In this document: piece by piece, positions 12,960 through 26,992 of the stretch
How positions within the stretch are numbered: the stretch's first letter is position 1
Layout: the number at the start of each line of letters is the position of its first letter
Source: Psilocybe cubensis
Lineage: Eukaryota
NCBI GenBank assembly: GCA_017499595.2
Contig: CM039009.1
Coordinates: 1,984,001 to 2,048,000 of the forward strand
Length of the DNA stretch: 64,000 nucleotides
Direction of reading: 5' to 3'
Made by a program: the position numbers and the translations under genes
Notes under the pieces: model-generated
The model's database searches: none
What the model saw: the letters and a program-made list of their open reading frames with translations, nothing else
Told to the model about the DNA's origin: nothing

Positions 12960-15451
12960 TCGACCCTTTCTATTCTGCTCCATAAAGGTTTTTTCATGAT
13001 TGTAGCTACTTTGATGGTATTCATGCCTTGTAGATTAGATTGCGTTGTTGCCACGTCCAGTTGTATTTGTTTTGGGCTATTAATGCCATACATATTTGAT
13101 TCGGAATGATTTTGGTGTGACCTTTAACCTTGAACATTGAATATTGAATCATCCAGGATTGAGTTTGGTCTAACAATTTCCTTGTGTCAGCCTCTTCATC
13201 TTCCCCGCCGATTTGATTTCGTCATATAATGCATACATATGACGCGCCACGTACTACACCAACGACATACAAACCGCTTTTGGAAATGAAACTTCTCTTT
13301 TTGGTCGTGTGGCGGATGACACGAAGGAGATCGAGGGAGGCTGAACAAAAACAAGAACATACCCTGGGTGGGTATAAGAATGCTGACGGTCAGGATGGAA
13401 ACCTCCATCGTCTCTTGACTCTCTTCCACAACCATCTCATCATATTTTGGAAGAGTTCCCCTAAATCCTTTGACGATTTATCTACTTGTGATAACTCTTA
13501 CTCAAGTAACGTAAGTTAGACTTAACTCGCCCTTGTCAAACATTCTAAGAACATCATTGAACAGCACTTTCATCACCCCGCCTTGAGCTATCATCACCGC
13601 TCTTGGTTTGGCAACTCCTCACATGCGTAAGTCCATCTCGCCTAGGTTAGAACATTGTTAACAACGCCTCACAGCAATTATACCATCCCGCCTTGGACCA
13701 TTACCGTCAGTCCCATCGCCCTAAAAGCCACTAACCAACCCCACACAACGCAGGCTCGCCCACACACAACGGTCAAGAAGCCCAGCACAGAAGTATACCA
13801 CTCCATTCAGGTCGCGTATTGCCAGTCTGCTGGTGTCAGGCTGGTGTGCGCGATTGTCTTAGGACATGCGGGGCAGTTGACATTTGACCCTACCCGCTCG
13901 ATGTGTGGCACCCCCCCGCCGCCACCCCTGTAAATCGGGGGTCGTGGAAACCAGGGGGTGAGGTACGGAGTGCTGGTTGGTTCGCCCACCCCCCTAAGCA
14001 GTAGCGGTAGACTTGCAGGACATCGTCGCTTCTACCGTGAATCGCAGGGGTGGAGATTGATAAAAGCTTGCTTTGGACCCTGTGTGTTGGGCGGGCTTAG
14101 GCGAGCGGTGGTTGGCGTGAGGTTAGTTTGTTTCTTTTCGTTGTTTGATGTGGTTGATTTATTTCCTTCTTAGCCATGGACGACAACCAACACGATACCA
14201 CAAACCATTGACTGCAATACTTTAACACGTTTCGTTCCTCAAATTCGGCGCAATAACCTTGCTTACCAGTCTATGCCATAGTATCGATGTTTCGTTGGGA
14301 TACGGATGAGCACTCCTCTGGAAAGGGCGCCTTCAGTGAGTCTCGTATACCCACCGGTCTTTCTACTTTTGACATGCAATATTTCTAGCAATCGATATAC
14401 TCGAGATATTCTTTGCCCTGACATGCTTTGGAAAGATCATGACTGGTAATTTAACTCGCCCTCTCCCATTACCGCCTAATTTTGTTTCGCAAGGCTTGCA
14501 CGTCAAATTTGGCTGTTATCCACAATACACGCACACTGGCAGCGCATCAGGAACAATTATTCAAATATTGCCATTCGTCAGCCATTTGGAGCCAAGTCGG
14601 ATCTTGGGGCATCTGGTTTCTTTTCATATGTGAGTCCGCTCGCCAAATATCATATGCTCCGAAAGGGTGATCTTTCATTGTATTTCTATAGCGTGTTCTC
14701 GTTTCCGTTTTTGTTTTCATTCTTTTCATTTAGTTTTATTATTGAAGTAGCGACTACGGTTATGCGTCAGGTCTTTGCGTCGAAAGATCACTTTTTTGGT
14801 AAGTTCCAAGCCTATTCTTCGTCCCTCTCTAATTTTAGGTGTTCAGGACTCGTGAAACCTCACTATTTGCCTACCAGTTCACATGCAAAGCACTCTAAAG
14901 GCTTTCGCTCGCTTTATCCACCACGATATTCAAGCCTGTTACCAACCTCCAATTGCAAAGAACCGGGCAAAGTCAGAATTATTCACCTAAATTGAAGCGC
15001 ACTATTGCCTTTCATTCCACGATCTGAGGGAGCCCTTACGCCTGTTCAAACACCGAGTCACAAAGAGATCTGATGCGTATGACCTTCTTATTTTATGTGA
15101 GTTTACTCCGTAATTCCATTAGAGCGCGGATACTAACTTGCCCAGGTTTTTTTCTTCCTTTAATTTAGCTAGAAACCTGCTTTCGACATCCACAATCACA
15201 GTTTCGAGATTAACCCCAACCCGAGATATTAATATCGATTACAATCATCAACACAACACTCATATTTCAATACCTTCTCGTTTATTTGACCTTCTATTCT
15301 GCCCTGTGATGGGCCCTTTTAGTTACTTTTAATCGGTTTTATACAGCTTTTTGGCTTTGTAGAGTAGATCGCGTTGTTGTCGTGTCCAGAAGGACTCGCC
15401 TTGGGCTATTAATGCCATGAATATTTGATTCGGAATCGTCGTGTGACCTTC
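12960..15451. repeat. Pair of diverged ~160-bp direct repeats (12960-13126 and 15285-15451)
   Basis: Collinear shared blocks TTCTATTCTGC, TGTAGA.TAGAT.GCGTTGTTG, GTCCAG, TTGGGCTATTAATGCCAT, ATATTTGATTCGGAAT and GTGTGACCTT. Confidence 0.85.
13730..14127 (+). ncRNA. Candidate structured RNA of unknown class
   Basis: Nested helices with several G-U pairs on the + strand: 13754-13775/14075-14096, hairpins 13812-13853 and 13864-13904, 13922-13930/14045-14053, 13953-13960/13987-13995 and 14004-14011/14031-14038. Confidence 0.4.
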
Positions 15452-16177
15452 AGTTTTGATACAGCAGATCTGTGGGGCCTTAGTACAAGCACATTATCGC
15501 ATTTTTTCTGGTTAGTGCGTTACGAATCGTCATTCCATTGCATTCCCTGTCATTCCATGTCTTTATTTGTTTGCTGTTTGGCCACTATGGACCCATATTT
15601 GTTCTTGCTTGACCGTGCCACTGTGCCTATAAATACCCGACGCGACGCGTTTTTGTAAATTCAAACCCCTTTCCCCTGTACCACCACCATCACCTCTACT
15701 ACCGCCAACGTCTCAAGTGGCTATATGCGCCTCAAACCTCTTGTTTGTCTACTCCTCTTTCCTCTTTACTAGGCGTTTCACTCACCTCCTCTTCGTGCCT
15801 TCACATTCGGCATCCCCCCTGTCTCCTTGCTAGCTCAACATTTGCACAGTTAAAGTGACTATCAAGGCGGTCTTTCTCACTTAAGAGGTGTCTTTTTAAT
15901 TTTCCAATGCTGTTTCGACGCATATATTCAACTTATTCATTTTTCTCCAGCATTCTCAGATGGCGCTTCACAATATTGGCGGTGACCGAGTAGTCAGTGG
16001 AATGTATCTGGTGGTGAGTATATGCTATCCAAACGGTATCTTCCGTTGCATAAAATATTTATTCACATCTGAATAGGGACGTGGCTATATGCGCCCCATA
16101 CTCTGTCGATTTCACTTTGATCTCTACTGAGATCAAAAGACTCGCCACACTTTGAGTTCCGGCATCTCGGCTCGGCA

Positions 16178-16522
16178 GCATTGGTCTCCCCCCTTCATGC
16201 TTCCCAGAACGACTGTTATCTTATCTCTGGGTGGCAAAAGGATCCTGACGCGTTCTTGATGTTGGAACGCGATAGCACCTTTCCGTGCTGTTTTGTGTAA
16301 CATCTGTTAACGACCTCAGGTACTTTTTGCCTCTCGAAGGTGGATATCGGTTCATCGGTTGCATTGGTCTCCTCATTCTACCTTACGCAATCATGCAGAT
16401 CTTACCTCCCGCGAGGCGAAAGGGCTCCTGGCGCGTTCTTGATGTTGGGAAGTGATAACACTCCGCTGTAAAATTGCGTCCAACATCTGTTAACGACCTC
16501 AGGTACTTTTCGCCTCTCAAGG
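16178..16522. repeat. Diverged tandem repeat, period ~183 bp (2 clear copies)
   Basis: GCATTGGTCTCC at 16178 and 16361; CGCGTTCTTGATGTTGG and AACATCTGTTAACGACCTCAGGTACTTTT occur in both units. Confidence 0.9.
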
Positions 16523-16825
16523 TACGGATCTTTGGTTGGCTTCTCACTTTTCAGTAAGACTCTACGTATGCGTTTCCATTCCGACAGAAACCACGTCGTC
16601 GTAAATTATACAATCTATCTCCTTTGGGGGGACTGGAAAAATAATTAGAGGCTTTTACTCGATTCAAAGCAGCTTTTACAATCTCAGAAGAAAGTTCTAA
16701 CGCTTCAAATAGCACTGAGAAATGGCCGTAACTGATATATATAACTTTATGGATCGTAACAATGTGGTTGCTTAAGTCTATGAATATTAAAATACATTTA
16801 ATGCAGAAACAGGTTTAGTGGACGT

Positions 16826-17894
16826 TTAGCAAGCGTTTATGTAGTTCGTTAAGGCGGTCTTTTCAGCTTGGTCGACGCTGAGCTTGTAGTGGTATTTAAC
16901 GTGAATCCAGGCCCGGACATAGGTGCATCTGTAGCTGGCGAGGGGGACCATCCACTCGGCGGGATCTGGTAAATCAAGTCAATGGGTATATCGAAATCCG
17001 ATGGAGATTAGCACTAACCCTTATCACCTGTTCGGGCGAGGATAACAAACGATAAGAGAAAAAAAACTCGTCAGTGATCGGTAATGAAAAGAGAGGTACC
17101 GAGGCGCATCGTTACTCACCCTTAGCCTGGTTTAGTCTGCAATAAGAAGATCGTCAGCCAAAGTATAAATTAGTATAGACCAAGACATACGAGTCAGTAA
17201 CAGCAATAAGCTGGGGGCGGACGAGGTCGTTTGCAAAGGCCTCGCGCTGCGCGTTGGTCCAAGTGCGCGCACCCGACACCCAAGCTTCCTTCAAAGGAAC
17301 GACATGATCCTATCAGAATAACGTAGCACGGTCAGTTAACATGAGGATATAAGAGGGGACAGGTGGACGGATCGCACAATATCGAGGTCGCTGGCCAGGT
17401 TAGTGGGTACGTTGTCGTAAGGCGACACCCAGCTTCCAGAGGTAGCCGCACAGTTGCTGCCGACCACCACATTGGTTCCATCCCGCTTCAACACGGCTGC
17501 AAAGTGTAAATGTAAGTCAATGAATAATTCAGAAAAGAGAAAACGTAAACAGGCGCACTCTCTCGGGTGTTGCAGGAACCGGAGACTGTCGAAAATGGAT
17601 TAATAGCGGGTCTTCAGAATAATTAGGGATGGCGAAGTCACCAGTGGTCCAGTGCTTGAAGAGATCCCGGTTATAAGCGGGCGAGTTAGACTCAGCCTCC
17701 ACGGTCACTAATCAAATAACTCAGCAATCCACCAAAGTTATCACAAAAGTCGTCTGTGAAAACTCACAAGCAGCCAGGTAGGTTTTGGCGGTGGCGACGC
17801 TGACGGGCGTGGGCAAAGCACGGGGAAGCACACTAGCCACTGATGACGAAATAGCAGCGGCAACAGCAAGAACAGAAAGCAGAGAAGTGCGCAT
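16826..17894 (-). CDS. Secreted DUF1524 / HNH-type (His-Me finger) nuclease-like protein, copy 1; multi-exon
   Basis: Signal peptide MRTSLLSVLAVAAA. Spliced product contains CNTRETVLKRDG, WVSPYD, DIDHVVPLKEAWVSGA, FAND, LIAVTDSLNQAKGDKDPAEW and CTYVRAWIHVK. Confidence 0.88.
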
Positions 17895-18646
17895 TATTGC
17901 CCGAGTACCGTGGAGGAGAGCTTGTGGAAAGGCCGGTCGACAAAGAAAGCGAGTCATGTTGGTTCAATGGCTTTTATACCATAATGTTATCCAGCATGCA
18001 ACGGCGGCAGAGATGATGTTGAGAAGGCACAGGCCAAGTCAAAAAAAATTAATCGCAGAGTCATACAGCGCATTAGAGTGCCAGTGTGGGGTGGTCGAAC
18101 AGCGACACGCTGGAGAGATATCTTATCAACCGTGCGCAGGAAAATGCCATGTGCGTCTAATGGTGGTTTTCTGCCATCCACGAAGTAACGCTGGCCCCGA
18201 ATATCATGCTGGATCGAGCAAAGAAGTGGGTTAGTGGCATGTGTGGTAGAAAAGATAAGACCATGGTATGGATGGTCATTTGACCATCGTGGTTGGTGGA
18301 AGAAGCGAGTCTTGGCGCCCACTAAAAACGTTGTTTGTGCAAGTTTGCTAACTTTATCGAACGTTGCAGCGTTGCCCAACTGTCCCCGAAATAAAGGCAC
18401 CAATACCCATCCAGCTTGATATTGTCATTAGCACCTAGGCCACCATTGGTTAATTACTGGGACAAGCTCATCACCGACCGATAATGTGTCAATTTTAACG
18501 AATCTTACACTCCGTGAGTAGCATTGCCTCAGGTTGAATAGCCCGCTGATGATGATGTATTGTATTGGACAGTTCCAATCTATTAATGATGCGTATTATT
18601 ATAATACGATGTTACAGATGCTATAGTAGGTTAGGTTTATGTACAC

Positions 18647-21558
18647 TCAGAACTCTTCGTCCCTAAGAAAACCAAGATCCAGCACTGAAGATGTGGCCAA
18701 CGACTCTCGCACAGCGAACGTGATCCGCCCTAATCTCGGTCCTCTGATGCGGTTACTTCTCATATCGGAGTTGCGCCTATGTGGCAGCTGTTTATCTCTG
18801 GCTGAATCTTTTCCTTTATCTCTCGCAGGGATCCCGCCGCGCCCGTCATATCTTCTTTCGTCGAATCTCAGCCTCCCCATCGTCAAACGCTCTTCAATCT
18901 CCCAGGTAGTCTCGATTCCATGTTGATTGTACGCATCGTCCGTGACCACATCGTCATAGTCATAGTCGTCATCGATATAGTCGTCTTCATCTCCGCTAAA
19001 CCCACTAGCAAAGTCTTGACCATCGTAAGACGCTACTAGCCGCGGGCCCTTCATGGGTACACGATAGTGCAGGTAGTAGACCATAGATAAATATATTCGA
19101 GTAACCTGTTGAATGTCAGGGGTAAATACGATCAGTCTAGGTAGATGCGACTGACTGTGATGGGATAGAGAGCCATCATAAACCTTCTCCATGAATCAGA
19201 ATATATATTTTGAGGATACCCTTGCTCTACTCACGGAATAGCAAAGGACTGTAGGGGACCAGTAAACATGACTATCATAACCACATTCGCAATCTTTGCC
19301 ACTGAAGAGTGAATAACCGTTAGATATTCGTCAAGGAAAAAGGTTCAAAAACGTACAAATTCCCCTGCCATAGCGTAAGGAGAAGATGATCAGCTAACAA
19401 ATCATAGGTACTCCCTTTTGCACACACAGAACTACAAAATCAAACGTTACTCACAATGTGAAGTACCACCCTCCATGGCTAATAAAGACTATCATCGTAG
19501 GCACGAGCCTTTTTACCTGCTTTATCCGGTTCCACGAGAACAAATAAAAAAACGATAGTGGGGAGGTTGCATATCCTTTATTCGCTTCCGGAGGGACACG
19601 TCCCTGTTTCGGGACGTGACTGCTAGATTTCGGAGTTGGAATATTTGATCCAGGCTCATGGGGTGATGAGTGTAACCTGACCTCTTTTGGGCTCGATAAA
19701 GCAGCTTCAGAGCGTCGTGGGGGGTATGGCATGGCCTGAGATTCTGAAAAGGGTTGAGCAAAAATTACGGGGGAGGGAGTTGATCTTGACGGTGGGTTGG
19801 AACCCAAAGACAATCGCGTGGGCGGTGAAGAGATGACATTCCTGGTTGACGTTGAAGAAGATGCAGTGGGTAATGGAGAAACTGGAGCAGAATGTTGTGT
19901 GGACCCTGAATTACGTGCAGTTACTCCTTGGGAGTCTGAAAGTACTGAATGGGGAGGCAACGATGAGGCATTCAATCGGGACGGCGATAAGGCAGGTCTG
20001 GCAGCTGAAGCTGACGCAGGGGAAGTAGCAGTACCAATATCCAGGCTACGAATTAGGTTTGCAAGAGTATTAAGCATGATAAGAAAGTACGTCGCTTGGG
20101 AGATTATAGACGGTACCCTACACATAATTATGATTTCAAGGCTCAGATGGAATAAACAATACCGGACATACCATGCGACGAGAGTAAAACGCGCAAAATT
20201 TGCAGTGAGAGACACTGGACAGCCTGTCACAGGATATGATCCGCGAGGATATACCTGGGCGGATGATACAGCCAAAACGCCAACGATAAGGCTCGTCTAA
20301 AATAGATTGTTTGAGTTATACCGAGACAAACGAAGTTAGAATCATACCGCCATTTGAACTGATTTTATGCAGAAATCAGTTCCGCATCAAGTAAGGGTAG
20401 ACGAAGTCTTACTAATAAAGAGGACGGAAGTAAGAAGTAGAGCTTACGATCGGTGAGTACAAAGTTACAGATAACAGAAGGCAAGAATTAACAACTTACT
20501 ACGGACATCCCAGGCGTAAACCGCATTAACTCGGATGAGAAGCATCGCATCTGGTATAAGGGTGACGATGGATGCATTTCTGCAGAATTTATAGCAAATG
20601 ATGAGTTTCAGGGAGCTAAATCGTAACCTGCGAAACTTGGCCAATGGATGAAGACTTACACAAGAAGGATATAATACCAGGCTCGACAGCTATGAGGTGT
20701 GATATTAGTACCCCAAGTTCATAAATTTCCCGGAAGGCTAAAAGGGACAATACTCAACAACTAAAGATGGTACGTTTACGGAGATAATATTCAGCAGAGG
20801 GAGTGGGAAAAAGGTTCGAACCCAGTTGAGCGGCAGTGCAAAGGTCACGGGTCAAGTCAACTCACGTCAAGAGTAAGGCCGACACTCGTGTTCACTGATG
20901 GCGGTGAGTTGACAGCGTGTGTTAGATTGGGCAAGGAGTCACAAAGCAGACACAACGACCGGAGGACACGGGAAATAAAATTGTTAGTAAATGATCTAAA
21001 GAAATGACAAGTGAGGGACTCACCGCCAACATACCAACTGAAAGGGAGGGAAACGACAGGACGGTCAGAAAGCTAGTTACTGTGATGATCGTAATCGACA
21101 TACGCCAAGTTTACGACCGAGAGATAACGAATGATAACATAAAGTCTTCTTGAATGGCGCCCTTTCGACGAATGCCTGGAATCACACCGATCTTGCTTAA
21201 AACACAATTTCCGACGTTTGCAAGTGATAAATCAAACCGACCATCTCTTCCAGACCAGTGTGACCTATACTCGGAATGAATACTTCAGTTGCACATCTCG
21301 AACCTGTCAAAGCTTACCTCCCTATGAAAGTTGATTACCATGTCGTAGACAACCCATGTCAGTGCCGCCACTAGAGTCCCGGGATCGTTATGGATTAGCA
21401 CACGATGGTGGAGGATAATCCAACCCACCAGAGGCGAAATTGAGAAGGAGGGCATCGTGGATGAGGGTTTCAGGAGCCAGTGGAAGTAAATCTCTAGACG
21501 ACTGTCGTTGCATAGGTTTGGAGTGGTCCCAGATGGATTGAATAGCGAAATTATGCAT
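18647..21558 (-). CDS. DUF6533-type multi-pass membrane protein; many exons
   Basis: N-terminal ...NFAS|VAALTWVVYDMVINFHRE is the DUF6533-like signature. Several hydrophobic exons follow (VPSIISQATYFLIML; TMIVFISHGGWYF; TRIYLSMV), then an acidic C-terminal tail. Confidence 0.65.
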
Positions 21559-22216
21559 CTCCAGAGGTGCAGGATCCCGGGCAGGTTGAACTAACGCTCA
21601 GCGTGGGGGTGAAAGTGCGATACTGTGCAGCGTTAGAAATGTCAGATACCAAATTTCAGAGAAAACAGGGAGTAGGGAGGCGCACAAGTGTTGGAACACA
21701 GGACAAGGTGCACTGTCATCCGTGTCCAGGTCAAATTACGATGCAAGGTACCCCCCGGCGATAACACCCGCGCAAGTCAGTGAGTGAGTGAGGAGATGTC
21801 AGTGGTCACAGTTAAACCTCCCCTTGAAGCCTCAAAGCTGATCAAACCGTGGTCCATGGCATGGACAGACCATCAAAAAGTTGACGGTACGACTAGACAG
21901 CCCTGTGACTGCATCAAAGTGGTTGAAAAGGTTTATTGATCAAATGTCCGAGGCGGCAATGAAACTGCATCCCGGCAACTCGGCTGAGCTATCATCTATG
22001 GATTGAGATAGTCCGCGCCTTGTAAGCCATCTTTTACAGCGCACTCCTCATCGTTACAATTAAATACCAAAATCAATAAATTGAATTGTTACTGAAATAG
22101 ATACATTTAACCACAAAGCATTTTCGTACGTAGAAACAGCAAGAATGTTTATATTATAGTTGTAGTGAATATCCAACGTAGTGACCCGGCGAGGCACTGA
22201 TTGTTATTTTTTATGT

Positions 22217-24432
<2,216 letters not shown>

Positions 24433-26992
24433 CCTGAATATGAGTATCCTTGAAAGAAGCTGAGGATGAAGACTCGAAGAAATGACCCATGCTTTATATA
24501 GGGGAACCGACTGAAGAGCCGTTCAAGGTTACTTCTTCCTGATGATGCAGTCGAAATTGGTACTAAAAATAGACACGGAGAAAATGCTGACAGGACTGAG
24601 GATAGCCCCAATGGAAGGCCAATTACCGCATGGGTAATGATGTTACGATCGGTGAGGACAGAGTGATTATAGTGCCCGGCGTGACGCATCTGATTGTTGG
24701 TACACACGGGTGACTTATTTCCCTTGTTTCTGAGGTCAACTGACTCCTTATGTCGACTGAGGTTGGTTGGCCGGGCAAAAAAAAAACAGAGTACCGTTTG
24801 AACATAAACATGGTTTTCATCTGGGAGTTGAACGTTGAAGACTTGGGGCACACTGAGGAAGAAGACTCATTGTAATAAATGATCGAATCACAGAAAGGTG
24901 GAGGACTCTTGAAGGAGACTGAAGGAAATACATGGAGCTAAGTTCCAACCCAAATTTCTCACCTATCAAGGATACGATACCTCTTGAATGTGTTCAGGAT
25001 GCTCCAATGCGCTTATATTAATACATACCGACAGTTCGCAAAGCGGATCTCTTAGGAGAACCTTCTTTCTTTAGTTCTTCACACCAAATAAAGTATAAAT
25101 CTAGTCTGGGGGAGTCTGGGGTAGACCGCCTGATTGTCAAAAGTGTCTGTTCTCTCATGTTTTGTATCTCCACATACTGAGCCAGTTGCATATTTTCTCT
25201 TCCAGTCCTGTTTTCTTGAATATAATATTACTAGTTATTTTGAAGGCTTATACGGAACTACAATATGAAAAAAACGACACCACACCACACGCAGACCGGC
25301 ACATATAAAGAGGGCAAGTCAAAACCTTGATCATAATGCCCCGCGGATGATGATCTGAGCAGTATAGATGATGCGTTGCCAGCATTCGAGTGATGTCTCC
25401 ATTTGCCATAATGTGTCTGCGATTAAGCCTGATACACCGATTTGTTCATTGAGATTTTCCTCATACGTTGATGCGGGCAGTGTTTGTTCCTTACATCCTT
25501 CTCTGTTGTCGAGAGGGGGAGAGAGTACGATCTATGGTATATTCCCAGGTCGCTCAGGAATTATTTCTTTGGATCATGCAGTTAAAGTATGTATTCACAC
25601 ACAAAGAATATCCAAGGTAACCAAAAATGTGTATAAAGGATTATCTCAGTTTCACGGACTCGTCGAGCGTTCTAATACTTTGACTATCATCTACTATGCT
25701 CTCATGCTTTATCCCGTGGTTTTTGTTTTCGCATTGGCAATCTAGCTAACCACAACGACTTTGGGTCTACTACGTCGTAAACTTTCACCAAGTTATAAAT
25801 ATCGCATTTTTTCTCGAAGATTTTCGAAATATTGCATGTGAAATTAGGAGCATACACTACACGCAAGCCTGACTATAGCACTTGACCGAAGAAATACACT
25901 GCCGGGTCCGCAGTAACCAAAAGAACATTCTAATGACACGTTTATTCATACCTAAGTCCGTGTAACGGACCGTCTCGCGTGGTCGAGTCTACGATCGCAC
26001 TGAAACGCGGATTTGCCAATTTTTTAGAACTTTGCTCCACTGAGAAAATCGGCGATTAGGACTGCTCGCAAAACGGGGGCTTGGATGGATAAAAATGGTA
26101 AATGGGGTCTTCTTTTCTTTGAAGTTAATGCGCTCATCTTCATCCTTCTCTGTCCCTGGATGGATCATTTTGTGGGGGTGGAGAACCACCCCCATTTGAA
26201 GGAATACGCCAAGTAGAACCTGATAGCAGCCTATGCATAATGAGAACAAACTTGATATTTGTTATACTTGTTGAAAAGGAAGCTTCATATTGAGCGAACA
26301 GATAGGCATACACTGATACCAGCAAACAGATAAATACACTTAACAGATTGAGAAAGGCGCAATCTTCGGCGGACAAATTTACGGTTTCCCCGACAGTGCG
26401 CGTCATTCGGTGATCAATATGGTGTAAAGGACATAAGTGCCGACAGAGATAAAGATAACCCTTCTTGTGGTTGATTTTTTCTAGGTACATCCCGGTCTCA
26501 AGCTCTAGTCTCGCCTGTATCTTGATCCAGCCATCACTCGGAGCGGCATCCTGCGACGTACGATAGACCGCGTTATTTCGTTTCATTGCACTATATTACA
26601 AGGGATGCATCGATATACGCTGTAAGGAAACAAAGGAGATCCGTCTGTCATGAGGTTGTTTCAAGCGAAAAATATCCTAAGGTTTTGTTTAGTGAGATGA
26701 TATCAGATTTTAAAGCAAGAAGGTTGTGGCTTCCATTTTTGTGCTATACCCCGAGCCAATATTGTTACCAATGGTTGGAAAAGGGTGAATCCAACTCCCA
26801 CTAGACCGAGGTACCGTGGCGTTAGCGAAAACCATGAAGCCATATTACCAGAATGTTTTCCAGAAGAAATTAATGTCGCAGATGATGTTTCTAGAAGACA
26901 CGGGAAATTGACAGAGACTCACTCGGCGCGTCCGATTCAGAACCGTCAGGTTCCATTCAATCTATTTGCTTCCGATTAGAATACAGTGGTAT

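Noticed and set aside
13730-14127. Assignment of the structured region as RNase P/MRP, SRP or telomerase RNA
   Set aside because: Only fragments resemble their motifs (GAAGCCC/GGGCTTA, CCAGG..AGCAG, CCCTAA); spacing and context do not fit, and there is no full CTAACCCTAA template.
17013-17022. CTAACCCT telomere-like sequence
   Set aside because: Single occurrence that coincides with a splice donor of the minus-strand nuclease gene.
19797-20300. 167-aa plus-strand ORF
   Set aside because: Antisense to the DUF6533 membrane gene.
25855-25905. CACTAC and CACTG sequences as an alternative left end of the CACTA element
   Set aside because: No complementary partner near the transposase; the 29140/45042 pair has a 27-bp match and a TSD.
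24860-26980. Short ORFs between the glucoamylase and the monooxygenase
   Set aside because: No recognisable domain or consistent splice pattern; a small gene cannot be excluded but is unsupported.
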